Below, piece after piece: positions 1 to 9,210 of a DNA stretch of 64,000 bases; within the stretch, counting starts at the first letter, position 1; each line of letters opens with the position of its first letter. The notes under the pieces were generated by a model that did not search any database, was not told where the DNA came from, and saw nothing but the letters and a program-made list of their open reading frames with translations. This DNA comes from Candidatus Aldehydirespiratoraceae bacterium. GTDB taxonomy: Bacteria > Actinomycetota > Acidimicrobiia > Acidimicrobiales > Aldehydirespiratoraceae. The position numbers and the translations under genes were made by a program. Location: NCBI GenBank assembly GCA_047639555.1, contig JBLIOE010000002.1, positions 44,072 to 108,071 on the forward strand, written 5' to 3'.

Positions 1-2373
1 ATTGTGGTCTCCGGCCGGCTGGATCAGTGTGATCGAGGGGACGACGGTCGGTTCTTCGTAGGCGAACTCCAGCCACTCACCTCGGGCCTCGGCGAAGGCA
101 CCAACCACCCACGCGGTGGTGGGATCACCGTCGATGGCTCGACTTGGTCGATCGTCGTTTGTGTACGTGACCGGGTTGCCGTAGTTGGAAGCTCTAAGCG
201 CAAAGGGTCCCGGCTGGACGCTGACCGTTCTCGTGTCGTCGATATCGACCGTGGCGGATGAATCGACATCAGTAAAGAGGTCGAGTCGATTGTCAGTGGG
301 GTCGTCGACCAGCTTCTCTTCGCCCGGCCGTTCGACATATCCCAGACCTTCTCGCAGCGTGCCCCAGCGGCGCGCTCGTCGCTTGTGGGTGTCGGTGAGA
401 ACGATTGCGGCGGGCTCAGCGAGCACCTCATCGCGGAGTGAATCGTCGAGCGCGAGGTCAGCTCCGAACCACAGCGGTCGGTCGATCTCCAGCAGACCGG
501 CGCCCGCCGCATCCACAATACCCTCGGCGTCGCCCACGATCACCGTGGCGCCCGACGTCGGTCGAAGCCGAACTTCGGGGAGTGGGGTGGGCACCTCGTA
601 GGCCGTGACTGGCGCGGGATCGGGGAGGGTCGGATCGATCGCCAGATGCACTTCGTCGATCAGGGTCTGTTGGGGGCCGGCGACATTTGGCACCGGTTCG
701 CCGAACGGAACGGGATCTCCGAGCCCGGCAAACTGATCAAGAAGTTCGGCCGTAGGGACGGGTCGTGGTGTGCGGAAACGTTCGTAGGTGAGGTCGGCTC
801 GATGGACGATGTCGTCGATCGACAGCATCTGGGCGATGGGCACGATCGAGTCGGCGTCGACCGTGTCCTCTTGGAGACGCCGGTCGAACGCGTTCAGCAG
901 GTCGGCCGATTCGGCGGAGCCGAACGGCACCAACTCTCGGGCGACATATCCACGGTCAAGAAAGCCCGGCGTAATCGGGTCGACCGTGTTGCCCCATCGA
1001 TAAGACGCGAAATCGCTCCCGGGGAGCTCCATCACCCGTCCCTGTCGCTCGCTCTCATTGAGTGCGTCGATGGCCTCGAGCCAGTACTCCGGCAGCTCCT
1101 CGTCTCGTTGCAGGTTCTCCTCCACCATGCGGACTTTCCACATCGCGGGATTGTTGAGAACCACCGCGGCGAGAACGACCACCGCGAAGACCTTGGTGGG
1201 TTGGGGCCAGCGTCGATCAAGGGCGTTAACAACGGTGCCCAGCAACACCGAAGTGGCCAAGACAAGCATCGGGAGGGCGCGAGGCGTGGAGCGCAGGGCG
1301 AGCCCGGCATCGGTGCCCGTGAAGTCCTTAAACAGTGAGCCCAAGGGCGACGGCGCGTCGAATGGGTGGCTGCCAATCGCAATCAGCCCGCCCATGACGA
1401 TGAGCAGGACGAAGTAACTGCGGTGGCGCCACCGGACGAGGGCGGCGCCAAAAAGCGAGAGCACCACGAGGCCGAAACTGATGAAGAGGAGCCAGACCCC
1501 CTGCGTGTACTCAACACTGGGTTGAATCCACGGCCCAAATTTGTCGTTGCCATAGAAGAACCAATAGCCAAGCCCGCGAAACACCTCGGGGGCGGTGGAT
1601 GCCGCGGCCACGGTCTGGTAGGTCTCCGTGTAGCGCGTGACCGGCAGGCTGTAGCCGCCCTGAAGGATGAGCCCCGCAATCCACCAGAGCGACACCACCG
1701 CGCTGAGGACGCCGATTCGGAGCGCCGCGGTCACTCCCTGGCGAGTCGTGATCGACCGTTCGGTGACCCGAGCGTGGATGAGCCAAGCGACCGGCGCCAG
1801 ACCGACCAGCAACAACGAGGTGGCGTTGACCGAACCAACGGTAAGGACAACAAGCGCAAACCGAGCGGGATCTCGCCAACCACCAGAACGAGCGGCGCGG
1901 ATCGTCAAGGCAATCATCCAGGGAAGGCCAGCCCAGGGGAGGAGCACCGCGGAGATCCGCGCGCTGTAGTCGAGGATGTACGGGCTGAGCTGGTACGCCA
2001 GCACCGCCACCAGCATTCCGCGGCCCTGCCAATCCAGGGTTTTCAGCAGGAAGTGGACGCCGGCGCCCGCGGCGAAGAGCAGGGTGCCGAGCCAGATCCG
2101 CTGGGCGAACCAATCGGGGCTGCCGAGTGTTTCAAAGACCCAATAGAAAGGGCCCATAGGCCACAAGTAGCCGATGTTTTGATGCGTAACCGTCCCGAGG
2201 GCGACGTCGCTATCCCAAAGGGTCGAGGCATTGGCAAGAACCCGACCAGGGTTGAGGTACAGGTAGGTCTTTGTGTCGGCGCCAACCGCGCCTGGGCTCG
2301 ACGCAACGATGGGAACGTACGCGACGAGCGCGGCGGCCACAAGAACCGCGTGGCGACGAAGCCGCTCGATCAT
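1..2373 (-). CDS. AftD-like arabinofuranosyltransferase family protein (GT-C membrane glycosyltransferase, DUF3367-type). Only the N-terminal 791 codons are in the window; the 3' end runs off the left edge.
   Basis: Absent from the ORF track because it has no stop in-window. My reverse translation from ATG 2373..2371 reads MIERLRRHAVLVAAALVAYVPIVASSPGAVGADTKTYLYLNPGRVLANAS..., with the TKTYLYLNP-type start typical of this family. I checked the frame codon by codon over 1-360 and found no stop. No other ORF is listed in this minus frame between 1 and 2373. The left end reads ...NYGNPVTYTNDDRPSRAIDGDPTTAW..., which is discoidin/F5-8C-like. Confidence 0.7.
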   Translation of the reverse strand, partial: MIERLRRHAVLVAAALVAYVPIVASSPGAVGADTKTYLYLNPGRVLANASTLWDSDVALGTVTHQNIGYLWPMGPFYWVFETLGSPDWFAQRIWLGTLLFAAGAGVHFLLKTLDWQGRGMLVAVLAYQLSPYILDYSARISAVLLPWAGLPWMIALTIRAARSGGWRDPARFALVVLTVGSVNATSLLLVGLAPVAWLIHARVTERSITTRQGVTAALRIGVLSAVVSLWWIAGLILQGGYSLPVTRYTETYQTVAAASTAPEVFRGLGYWFFYGNDKFGPWIQPSVEYTQGVWLLFISFGLVVLSLFGAALVRWRHRSYFVLLIVMGGLIAIGSHPFDAPSPLGSLFKDFTGTDAGLALRSTPRALPMLVLATSVLLGTVVNALDRRWPQPTKVFAVVVLAAVVLNNPAMWKVRMVEENLQRDEELPEYWLEAIDALNESERQGRVMELPGSDFASYRWGNTVDPITPGFLDRGYVARELVPFGSAESADLLNAFDRRLQEDTVDADSIVPIAQMLSIDDIVHRADLTYERFRTPRPVPTAELLDQFAGLGDPVPFGEPVPNVAGPQQTLIDEVHLAIDPTLPDPAPVTAYEVPTPLPEVRLRPTSGATVIVGDAEGIVDAAGAGLLEIDRPLWFGADLALDDSLRDEVLAEPAAIVLTDTHKRRARRWGTLREGLGYVERPGEEKLVDDPTDNRLDLFTDVDSSATVDIDDTRTVSVQPGPFALRASNYGNPVTYTNDDRPSRAIDGDPTTAWVVGAFAEARGEWLEFAYEEPTVVPSITLIQPAGDHN

Positions 2374-2394
2374 CCCACGCAAAGTGTGAGCCAG

Positions 2395-3579
2395 CTACCG
2401 GCTGCCACGAACGTTGGCGGCAAGGACCGCCAAGGTCTCGTAGGCGGTGCGATCCCAGGTCAGTTCTTGTGCCACTCGGAGAGCACCATCGCTCATCCGC
2501 TCACGGAAGTCGCGGTCGTCCAAGACTCGGGTGAGGGCATCGACGAATTCGTCGTCGGAGTCGACCAGCACGCCACCAACACCATCACGCACGGCGTCGA
2601 TATGGCCGGGAATCCTCGTGGCAATCGCCGGGGTCGCACAGGCCGCGGCTTCGGTGAGGGTCATACCCCAGCCCTCGCTTTCGGATGTGCTGGCCACGAC
2701 CCACGCCTCCTGGTAGCGGCGGACAAGCGCGTCATCGTCGACTCGCCCGGCCAGTTCGCACCATTCTTCGGCGCCAAGCTGAGCAATCAGCCGTTCGAGA
2801 TTGTCGCGTTCATGGCCCTCACCCACGATTGTCAGTCGGGCGCCGGGCACGTATTCACGCACGCGGGCGACGTTCTTTATGAGCCGGTCGAACGCCTTGG
2901 ACCGCATAAGTCGACCCACCGCGAGCACGGTTGGCTCGGCGGACTTCCGATTTGCGGGGCAGAAACTACTGTCGATTCCTGGGGGAACGACGTGGACATT
3001 GGCGGCCGGAAGCCGCAGTCGGTCGAGCAAGTGGTCGCGTGAGGATTGGCTCAGCGTGATGACCGAGGTGTTTCGATAAAACGGGGGCGCGATTCGACGC
3101 TCAAGAAGTTGCCCGGCTCGGGCGAGTCCGGGTGGTAGCACCATTGGCCACATGTCTTCATGCACATGATGCAGCCAGGTGACACGGGGTCCACGGGCCC
3201 AAAGCGGCGAGAAGAACGGGACGCCGTTCCAGATCTCAACTAGTCCGTCGCGGCGGCCATGCCGGCCAGCGATTTCGGCCGCCACCGCACGAGGGAAGAC
3301 GAGGTAGCGGCCCGCTCGGCGTATGACCTTGTAGCCATCGCGCACGGTTTCCGGCGGGGAGCCCTGGGCGTAGGACGTGCGCATCGTGACTTCTATACCC
3401 GCGGCGGCCCAACGGGCCGCAACAGTGGACGCGTGCAGTTCGCTGCCACCAGCCTCGACGTCGGCGAGATCGCGCCACGCCAGCATATGGATCCGACGCA
3501 GGCCGCTCTCGGCCGCGAGGTCGCCAATCTTGTGGAAAATCTCTCCCTCAGAGGGGTCACCCGGGCCAGTCGATTGCAC
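2395..3579 (-). CDS. Glycosyltransferase family 4 (GT-B fold)
   Basis: 394-aa ORF. The C-terminal half has the GT4 pattern (VASTSESEGWGMTLTEAAACATPAIATRIPGHIDAV). It lies 21 nt upstream of the AftD-like gene on the same strand. The start is uncertain; the internal ATG at 3486 (MLAWRDLADVEAGG...) is a plausible alternative. Confidence 0.8.
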   Translation of the reverse strand: MQSTGPGDPSEGEIFHKIGDLAAESGLRRIHMLAWRDLADVEAGGSELHASTVAARWAAAGIEVTMRTSYAQGSPPETVRDGYKVIRRAGRYLVFPRAVAAEIAGRHGRRDGLVEIWNGVPFFSPLWARGPRVTWLHHVHEDMWPMVLPPGLARAGQLLERRIAPPFYRNTSVITLSQSSRDHLLDRLRLPAANVHVVPPGIDSSFCPANRKSAEPTVLAVGRLMRSKAFDRLIKNVARVREYVPGARLTIVGEGHERDNLERLIAQLGAEEWCELAGRVDDDALVRRYQEAWVVASTSESEGWGMTLTEAAACATPAIATRIPGHIDAVRDGVGGVLVDSDDEFVDALTRVLDDRDFRERMSDGALRVAQELTWDRTAYETLAVLAANVRGSR

Positions 3580-3638
3580 TGGAGCATGTTAGCGGTCGGG
3601 TTGCCGCGCGATCACCCCGGGAGGCACACTGCGCTCGC

Positions 3639-4505
3639 ATGTCAGTAGCGCCGGTCACTGTCGTCATTATCCATCGCAACCGCCCCGATGCCGTCGGACG
3701 GACCGTCGCGGCCTTCCGGGAGCAGACAACACCCACCCGAGTGATCGTGGTCGACAACGGATCCGATGATGAGACGCAGAGTTCGCTCCCCGCGCTTGTG
3801 GGCGATGCGGAAATCATTTTCGGGGGCAGCAATCTTGGTTTTGGGCCGGGCGGTAACGTCGGACTTCGACGGTTTCTGTCTGACAGCATCGGCGACTGGG
3901 TTGCCATTGCCCCCCACGATGCGCTCCCTGACGCAGACACCATCGAGAAGATGCTTGCGGCCGTGGAGGAACGACCAACCGTCGGCCTGATGAGCGCCGA
4001 CGTCGGCGACGGAATGCGGCCGATCATTGATCCCTATCTCGGCACGATCGATGCGATGCCCATGGTCGAGGAAGGCTTCGACGAAGCCGACTACCCCCAT
4101 GGCACGCTGATGATGTGCCGTCGAGCCTGTCTCGAAGAGGTGGGTCTCTTTGACGAGCGCTACTTCGCCTACTGCGAGGAGAGCGAGCTGGCAATTCGTG
4201 CCGCTCGAGCCGGATGGGGGTGTGGCGTCATTCGTGGCGCCAACGTGCGCAACCCGGGCATGAGTGCGTCGATTGAACGAGTCGCATATCTCCAGCTCCG
4301 CAACACGCTGCTGATGCTCAGGGAGCACTACGGCCGCAAGAACGCGTGGTTTCGCATTGGTGTTGCCCTCGTTCAGATTCCGGTCGGATACCTGCACGAC
4401 CCCTCACGCGGCCTGCATTGGTCTCCCGCCGGGCGGCTCAAGGGCATCCGCGATTATCTCCTCGGGCGCTTCGGCCCGCCCGCCGACGATGTCGGCGGTG
4501 CCTGA
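3639..4505 (+). CDS. Glycosyltransferase family 2 (GT-A fold, rhamnosyltransferase/WbbL-like architecture)
   Basis: 288 aa. Motifs VTVVIIHRNRPD...VIVVDNGSDDET and HGTLMMCRRACLEEVGLFDERYF. Divergent from the GT4 gene. Confidence 0.8.
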   Translation: MSVAPVTVVIIHRNRPDAVGRTVAAFREQTTPTRVIVVDNGSDDETQSSLPALVGDAEIIFGGSNLGFGPGGNVGLRRFLSDSIGDWVAIAPHDALPDADTIEKMLAAVEERPTVGLMSADVGDGMRPIIDPYLGTIDAMPMVEEGFDEADYPHGTLMMCRRACLEEVGLFDERYFAYCEESELAIRAARAGWGCGVIRGANVRNPGMSASIERVAYLQLRNTLLMLREHYGRKNAWFRIGVALVQIPVGYLHDPSRGLHWSPAGRLKGIRDYLLGRFGPPADDVGGA

Positions 4506-4509
4506 GGTC

Positions 4510-5995
4510 CTACTCGGCTGGGACAGGCGCGGTTTGCTGCGGCTCCGAGAAGTGGTAACCCTGGCCCAACTCGCAGCCCACCTCGACCAACCGATCGACC
4601 TCGGCTTGGCTCTGCAGCCCTTCGGCGACCGTCGCGATTTCGAGCGCACGGGCCAACGACACGACATGGCGAACAATCGCGTCGTCGTCCTTCCGCTCGC
4701 CGGCTGCGTTCACATAGGTTCCGTCGAGTTTGAGGAGTTCGAAGTAGAACGTTCGGAGATGACTCAGCGAGGAGTATCCGGCCCCGAAGTCATCGAGCGC
4801 GAGTCCGACGCCAATTTCCCGAGCGGAGTTGAGCGCGGTCCACGCCGAGCGGGGATCGGCAATAAGCGCGGCCTCCGTAAGTTCGAGATATATCTGCGAA
4901 GGGTCGACGCCCGCAGCAGTCAGCGATGCCTGGAGATCGTCGGTGAAGTCTGACTGTCCGATCTGGCGGGGCGAAATATGCTCGTGACTCGCATGGGGAC
5001 AGCGCCCTCAGGCACGATCGCCGCCCAGCGAGCGGCCTGCCGACATGACTCCTCAAGCACCCAACGCCCGACCGGGACCACGAGTCCGGTCTCCTCCAAA
5101 GATCCTAGAAAGTCGCCGGGAGCGATCATGCCGCGTTCCGGATCATCCCAACGCAGCAGGGCTTCGCAGCCCACCAAACGGCGAGTGCGCAGCGCCACGA
5201 TTGGTTGGTAGAGCAGACGGAACTCGCCGTCGCTCAACGCCCGCTCAAGCCGACGCTCTGCGGTGGCCGGCGTTAACCGGACGCGCATCGTCTCCGAGAA
5301 CACCGAAGTTCGGGCGTCGTTGTGTTTCGCGTCATACATCGCCGTGTCGGCGTCGCGGAGGACGGGCTCCGGGTTGTCGGTGACATCGCCGAAGGCGAGC
5401 CCGATGCTCGCCGAGATCGCAATCTGATCTTCGCCCAGAGCAAACGGCGTCTCGATCCTTTCGATCAGCTTCCGAGCGAAACGAGCCGCGTGTTCGTTCG
5501 TCAGCGGCGCCGGGTCGATAATCACAAACTCGTCGCCCGCGTAACGACCGACCCAACGGTCAGCACCCGCTTCGCGCCGGAGGCGATCACCGACCGCGAC
5601 CATGAACTTGTCGCCGACCTCGTGGCCGTACGTGTCGTTGACCGCCTTGAACCCGTCAAGATCGACAAACAGGACTGCGGCCTTGGTGTGGTTGCGACGA
5701 ACGACCCGGAATGCCTCCGGCAGCACCTCAAGGATATGCCGGCGGTTCGGCAGTCCAGTAAGAGCGTCGCGCCGAGCGGCACAACGGTCACAAGGGCGAT
5801 AAGCCTATTGGTATTGACGCCGCTGGTGTCGGCGACGCGATCGAGAATCGTGTCGGGGACCGCGAAAGCGATGGCCAGAACACACAAGATCGTGCCGAAC
5901 ACCACAATCCTGGCGAGATCGATGCCCGCGCGGTGTTCGGTCTCAACGAGGTGATCGATCCGGAGCGAGTTGTCGTCTGCTGGTTTCCCCGCCAC
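4510..5995 (-). pseudogene. Membrane-anchored GGDEF-EAL (c-di-GMP turnover) gene interrupted by two 1-nt frameshifts
   Basis: Three minus-strand pieces sit in different frames:
- the TM anchor, in the 5522..6001 ORF frame
- the GGDEF domain (RDALTGLPNRR...GRYAGDEF) plus the EAL start (CEALLRW), in the 4920..5726 frame
- the rest of EAL (ISPRQIGQSDF...LALDDFGAGYSSL...GCELGQGYHF), in the 4510..4713 frame
Each junction needs one extra nt. The first lies within 5764-5805 and the second near 4975-4981. A GGAGG sits 6 nt upstream of GTG 5995. Confidence 0.75.
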
Positions 5996-6091
5996 GGCCA
6001 ACCTCCTTCTCGTCTCTGCGGAGCGACACAGAAGGATCTGCGCCTCCCCTCCCGTCGACGCAACGAACCCGGGTCTTTAGACTGCGGCGTT

Positions 6092-6811
6092 TCAGCGTTT
6101 ACGCGGGTTGGCGCGCCGAGGCGAGCCGAGCAGAGCAACGAGGAGCCGCGCGTAGTGATACGCCAGCCGGAACGGACGTTGTGATGGCACACCGCCGGTG
6201 CGCTCTTCCATGAGCGTGGGCACTTCTCGAACGTCGTAGCCGGCGCGGCAGGCGTTGACGAGGGTCTCCACGGAGTCCATGTACTCAACGGGGTAGTTCG
6301 TGGCGAAGTCGGCGAGGACGGGTTGGCCGATTGCTCGAAAGCCCGATGAGGTGTCGGTGAACTTCTGGCCGGTCAGCCGTCGCACCCCAAGGCGGAGCAA
6401 ACCCATAGCCAGTCCGCGGCTACGGCCGACGGCATAACCACCGGCCGCGAATCGGCTTCCGACGGCCATTTCTGCACCGCCGTCAAGCGCCTCAAGCAAC
6501 ACGCCGATCTGGTCAGCTCGGTGTTGCCCATCGGCATCAAACTGCACGGCGCGGTCGTAGCCGTTGTCATCGGCGTATCGATAGCCCGCACGGAGGGCGC
6601 CGCCAATTCCAAGATTGAAGGGGAGTGCGACACAAGGGACACCGGCGAGCCGGGTAAAGGCTGCGGTTCGATCAGTGGACCCGTCGTCAACAACAACAAT
6701 GTCGAGATCGGGCACGACCAGGGCGAGTTGCGCGAGAACGGCGGGGAGGGACTCCTCCTCGTTGAAGGCAGGGATAACGACGATCGTGCGAACGCCGTTC
6801 CCTTGGCTCAT
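6092..6811 (-). CDS. Glycosyltransferase family 2 (polyprenyl-phosphate sugar synthase-like)
   Basis: Internal start MSQGNGVRTIVVIPAFNEEESLPAVL...VVVDDGSTDRT...FDADGQH. ATG 6811 overlaps the upstream stop (ATGA). The longer listed ORF (to 7000) is an R/H-rich read-through. Confidence 0.8.
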   Translation of the reverse strand: MSQGNGVRTIVVIPAFNEEESLPAVLAQLALVVPDLDIVVVDDGSTDRTAAFTRLAGVPCVALPFNLGIGGALRAGYRYADDNGYDRAVQFDADGQHRADQIGVLLEALDGGAEMAVGSRFAAGGYAVGRSRGLAMGLLRLGVRRLTGQKFTDTSSGFRAIGQPVLADFATNYPVEYMDSVETLVNACRAGYDVREVPTLMEERTGGVPSQRPFRLAYHYARLLVALLGSPRRANPRKR

Positions 6812-8259
6812 CCGCCAGACTCGCTGAGTTCCTCGTGGTACTCGGCTTCGACGTTCACTTCCCACACGTTGTGAGTGGTGCCGTTGACGATGTTCTCCAC
6901 CGTCAACATGGCCGTGTACATCGAGTGATCCTGGTTGTTGTAGCGGTGCATACCGTTGCGGCCAACCGGGTGCACGTTGGGCACGTTGTCCGACAGCCAA
7001 CCGCGGAGGATTTCGACGTTTTCTTTGTAGGTGCCGTCGTACATCGGATACGCCTTCGGCATCCGAACGACATAGCCCTTTTCGACTCTCGACGGGTCAA
7101 GGAGGCCGAGCAGGGCCATCTCTCGAGTGCCCTGGGCGATGAGGTCGTCATCGTCGGACACCCATAGTTCGTCGCCCTCGTTGACGAAGAACTCAAGACC
7201 AAGGCAGGTCTTTCCTGCTTCCGGAATCATCTCCGGCGACCAGGAACCGAAGTTCTGGACGCGACCGACCTGGACCTCTGGGGCGTGGATGTAGATCCAG
7301 TTATCGGGGAAGCCGTCTTCCTCCGGCACAACAAGCGCAACGGTGAGGAAGTCGCGGAACCGGAGCGACTTCGCGGCGAGCAGGATGTCTTCGGGTGCGG
7401 GCGGATCCATTGCTTGGACGAGAAGTGGAATGGGCATCGACGAGATGACATCGGTGCAGGCGTGTTCGGTGGAACCGGCTGGTCCGTCGGTGACCACGTG
7501 TGTCGCGGCGCCATTGGCGTGGCGCACCTTCGTGACGGTTTGCTCGAAGAAGACGTCGCTGCCTTGCCCCTCGACGAGGGTCTGGCAGCGCTCCCACATC
7601 ATGCCGGGGCCATGACGGGGGTATTCGAACTCTTCGATGAGGCTCGTGATGTCTTTCTGGTTGCGGCTCGGGGTGACCGCATTCCAGATGGCGCTGAAGA
7701 GGCTGAGGTTCTTGATGCGCTGGGCGGCCCAGTCGGCCTCGAGCTCGTCGGCCGGCACACCCCACACCTTCTCGGTATAGGTCTTGAAAAATGTGCGGTA
7801 GAGGCGCCAACCAAATTTGGCGGCGACATAACCCTCGAACTTCGTCTGATCCTTCGGCGGGTTGATCCGAGCCCAGATGTAGGACAGCACGCAGCGAACG
7901 GCCTCGATGATGCCAAGGTTGCCGAGGGCGTTGAATGCCTTCAACGGGTAGTCGTAGAACTTGCCCTGGTAGAAGATTCGGCTCATCCGCGGTCGAAGAA
8001 GGAAATCTTCGTCGGGAAGAACCTCGTGCCAGAAATCGCGTACCGGCTTCACCTTGGTGAAGAAGCGGTGACCGCCGATGTCGAAGCGCCAGCCATCCCG
8101 CTCGGCGGTTTGAGAAATACCGCCGACAACGTCGGTTGCTTCCAGCACTGTGGCGGTGTGGCCAGCCTTGCCAAGCTGGTACGCCGCGGTGAGACCCGCC
8201 GGGCCTGCGCCGATGATCACGGTGCGTTCCGCAGTGTCGTTGGCCTGTTCTTCGCCCAT
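6808..8259 (-). CDS. FAD/NAD(P)-binding oxidoreductase (amine-oxidase / UDP-galactopyranose-mutase-like fold)
   Basis: Dinucleotide-binding motif VIIGAGPAGLTAAYQL...LEATDVVGG. ATG 8259 is preceded by GGAGGGAG with about 6 nt spacing. Translationally coupled to the downstream GT2. Confidence 0.75.
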   Translation of the reverse strand: MGEEQANDTAERTVIIGAGPAGLTAAYQLGKAGHTATVLEATDVVGGISQTAERDGWRFDIGGHRFFTKVKPVRDFWHEVLPDEDFLLRPRMSRIFYQGKFYDYPLKAFNALGNLGIIEAVRCVLSYIWARINPPKDQTKFEGYVAAKFGWRLYRTFFKTYTEKVWGVPADELEADWAAQRIKNLSLFSAIWNAVTPSRNQKDITSLIEEFEYPRHGPGMMWERCQTLVEGQGSDVFFEQTVTKVRHANGAATHVVTDGPAGSTEHACTDVISSMPIPLLVQAMDPPAPEDILLAAKSLRFRDFLTVALVVPEEDGFPDNWIYIHAPEVQVGRVQNFGSWSPEMIPEAGKTCLGLEFFVNEGDELWVSDDDDLIAQGTREMALLGLLDPSRVEKGYVVRMPKAYPMYDGTYKENVEILRGWLSDNVPNVHPVGRNGMHRYNNQDHSMYTAMLTVENIVNGTTHNVWEVNVEAEYHEELSESGG

Positions 8260-8335
8260 GGTCGCTCCCTCCCCGAAGCCGCCGGATCTTACCCCCATTC
8301 ACCGTCGCAGCCATCGCCCGCGCGACACTCAACAT

Positions 8336-8518
8336 ATGGAGATCACTTGCCCACGTTGTGGCCTGACGGCTGAGGTCGAGTTCTATGCCCCGTGCGACGA
8401 TTGTCGGACCACTCTTCGGGCAACTTTGGGAGCCGATGGTGGGGGAGTAGCCGAGGCCGTCGAGTACGAACCCAAGATGAATGTCACACCCAATGCCGTG
8501 GCGATGAAGGACGACTGA
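8336..8518 (+). CDS. Small zinc-ribbon-like hypothetical protein (60 aa)
   Basis: MEITCPRCGLTAEVEFYAPCDDCRTTL... has two CxxC pairs. No clear SD and only moderate third-position GC. Tentative. Confidence 0.35.
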   Translation: MEITCPRCGLTAEVEFYAPCDDCRTTLRATLGADGGGVAEAVEYEPKMNVTPNAVAMKDD

Positions 8519-9210
8519 CACTCGTCCCATGGCGATGATTTCGCCCAAAACGGAACAAGACCCCGAGTAGCCTCCCGGTTCGCACCGGTCAACTCCTCGG
8601 GGCCTCGAAAGTGGCTCCTTCACCTGGCCGGCCACCCCGTCGGAATGTCCTGCCATATGAGGTCTGCCCTTGCGGGGCGGACCCTGACTCCCAGCGCCGA
8701 ACGTCTCGCTGCTGTTTGCCTGGTTCAACCATCAGTACCCAGCGGTACTCGGTCCGCTTCGACCCGCCGCCACCCCCGTCGGTGTGACTTCGTTTCGCTG
8801 CGACCCTGACACGTACCCTCCTTCGGGTTTTCTCCCCCTCCCGGCCTCACACCCTGCGGTGTGCTCCTGACGGCGGCGGACCCTCCGGCTGGCGGTACTT
8901 CCCCTTCGCTCCTGGTCAGACCCCCGTCAGGGAACCTTCCGCTTGCTCCGGCGACGCACCTCCGTGCCTCCAGTCGACCCGCCAGTTCCCTCTCGGGTCC
9001 CAGCCTGATCTTGCCTGCCTCTGCTCTTGCTAGAGCTCCGAGGAACCCGGTCCGTTCTTCCGGGGCTTGCGCCCTTTCCGTCCTTCACGGCGTCCCAGTG
9101 CTTTCGCTCCTGCGTCGACAAGGAGCACTCTGCAGTGGCGCCCTGCGAGGGTCAAGGGGGTGAAGGGAAATCCCCAGGTTTTGAGGAGAAACCCACCGGT
9201 AATCCCCAGG
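8519..9210. other. Unassigned 0.7-kb non-coding region with a C-rich top strand. It carries recurring short motifs and many short hairpins, so it may be a structured RNA or a decayed repeat array.
   Basis: There is no credible ORF. ACCCC(C)GTC(A)GG occurs at 8634-8643, 8772-8782 and 8920-8932. GCGGTACT occurs at 8742 and 8892. Hairpins include 9063-9074, 8848-8863, 8735-8748 and 8575-8588. See finding. Confidence 0.3.

Noticed and set aside
1366-3042. 558-aa plus-strand ORF, with neighbours 646..1338 + and 1511..2113 -, covering the left end
   Set aside because: The translation is an R/G/H/P-rich shadow typical of the antisense or off-frame of a high-GC gene. The real genes here are the minus-strand AftD-like frame (1..2373) and the GT4 (2395..3579).
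8519-9210. Tested the 0.7-kb gap by eye for RNase P RNA, tmRNA, SRP RNA, and cobalamin and c-di-AMP (ydaO) riboswitches
   Set aside because: The diagnostic motifs were not found on either strand:
- RNase P: no GAGGAAAGUCCGG / ACAGAAnCCGGCUUA P4 strands.
- tmRNA: no T-arm ending in CCA and no tag ORF.
- SRP: no GGAAGCAGCC motif.
- Cobalamin: a GCCACUG-like box at about 9133-9139 (minus strand) lacks the accompanying B12-box context.
- ydaO: no CCGACAGCUAACCUCGUAAGCG-like ydaO 3' element.
The region stays unassigned.
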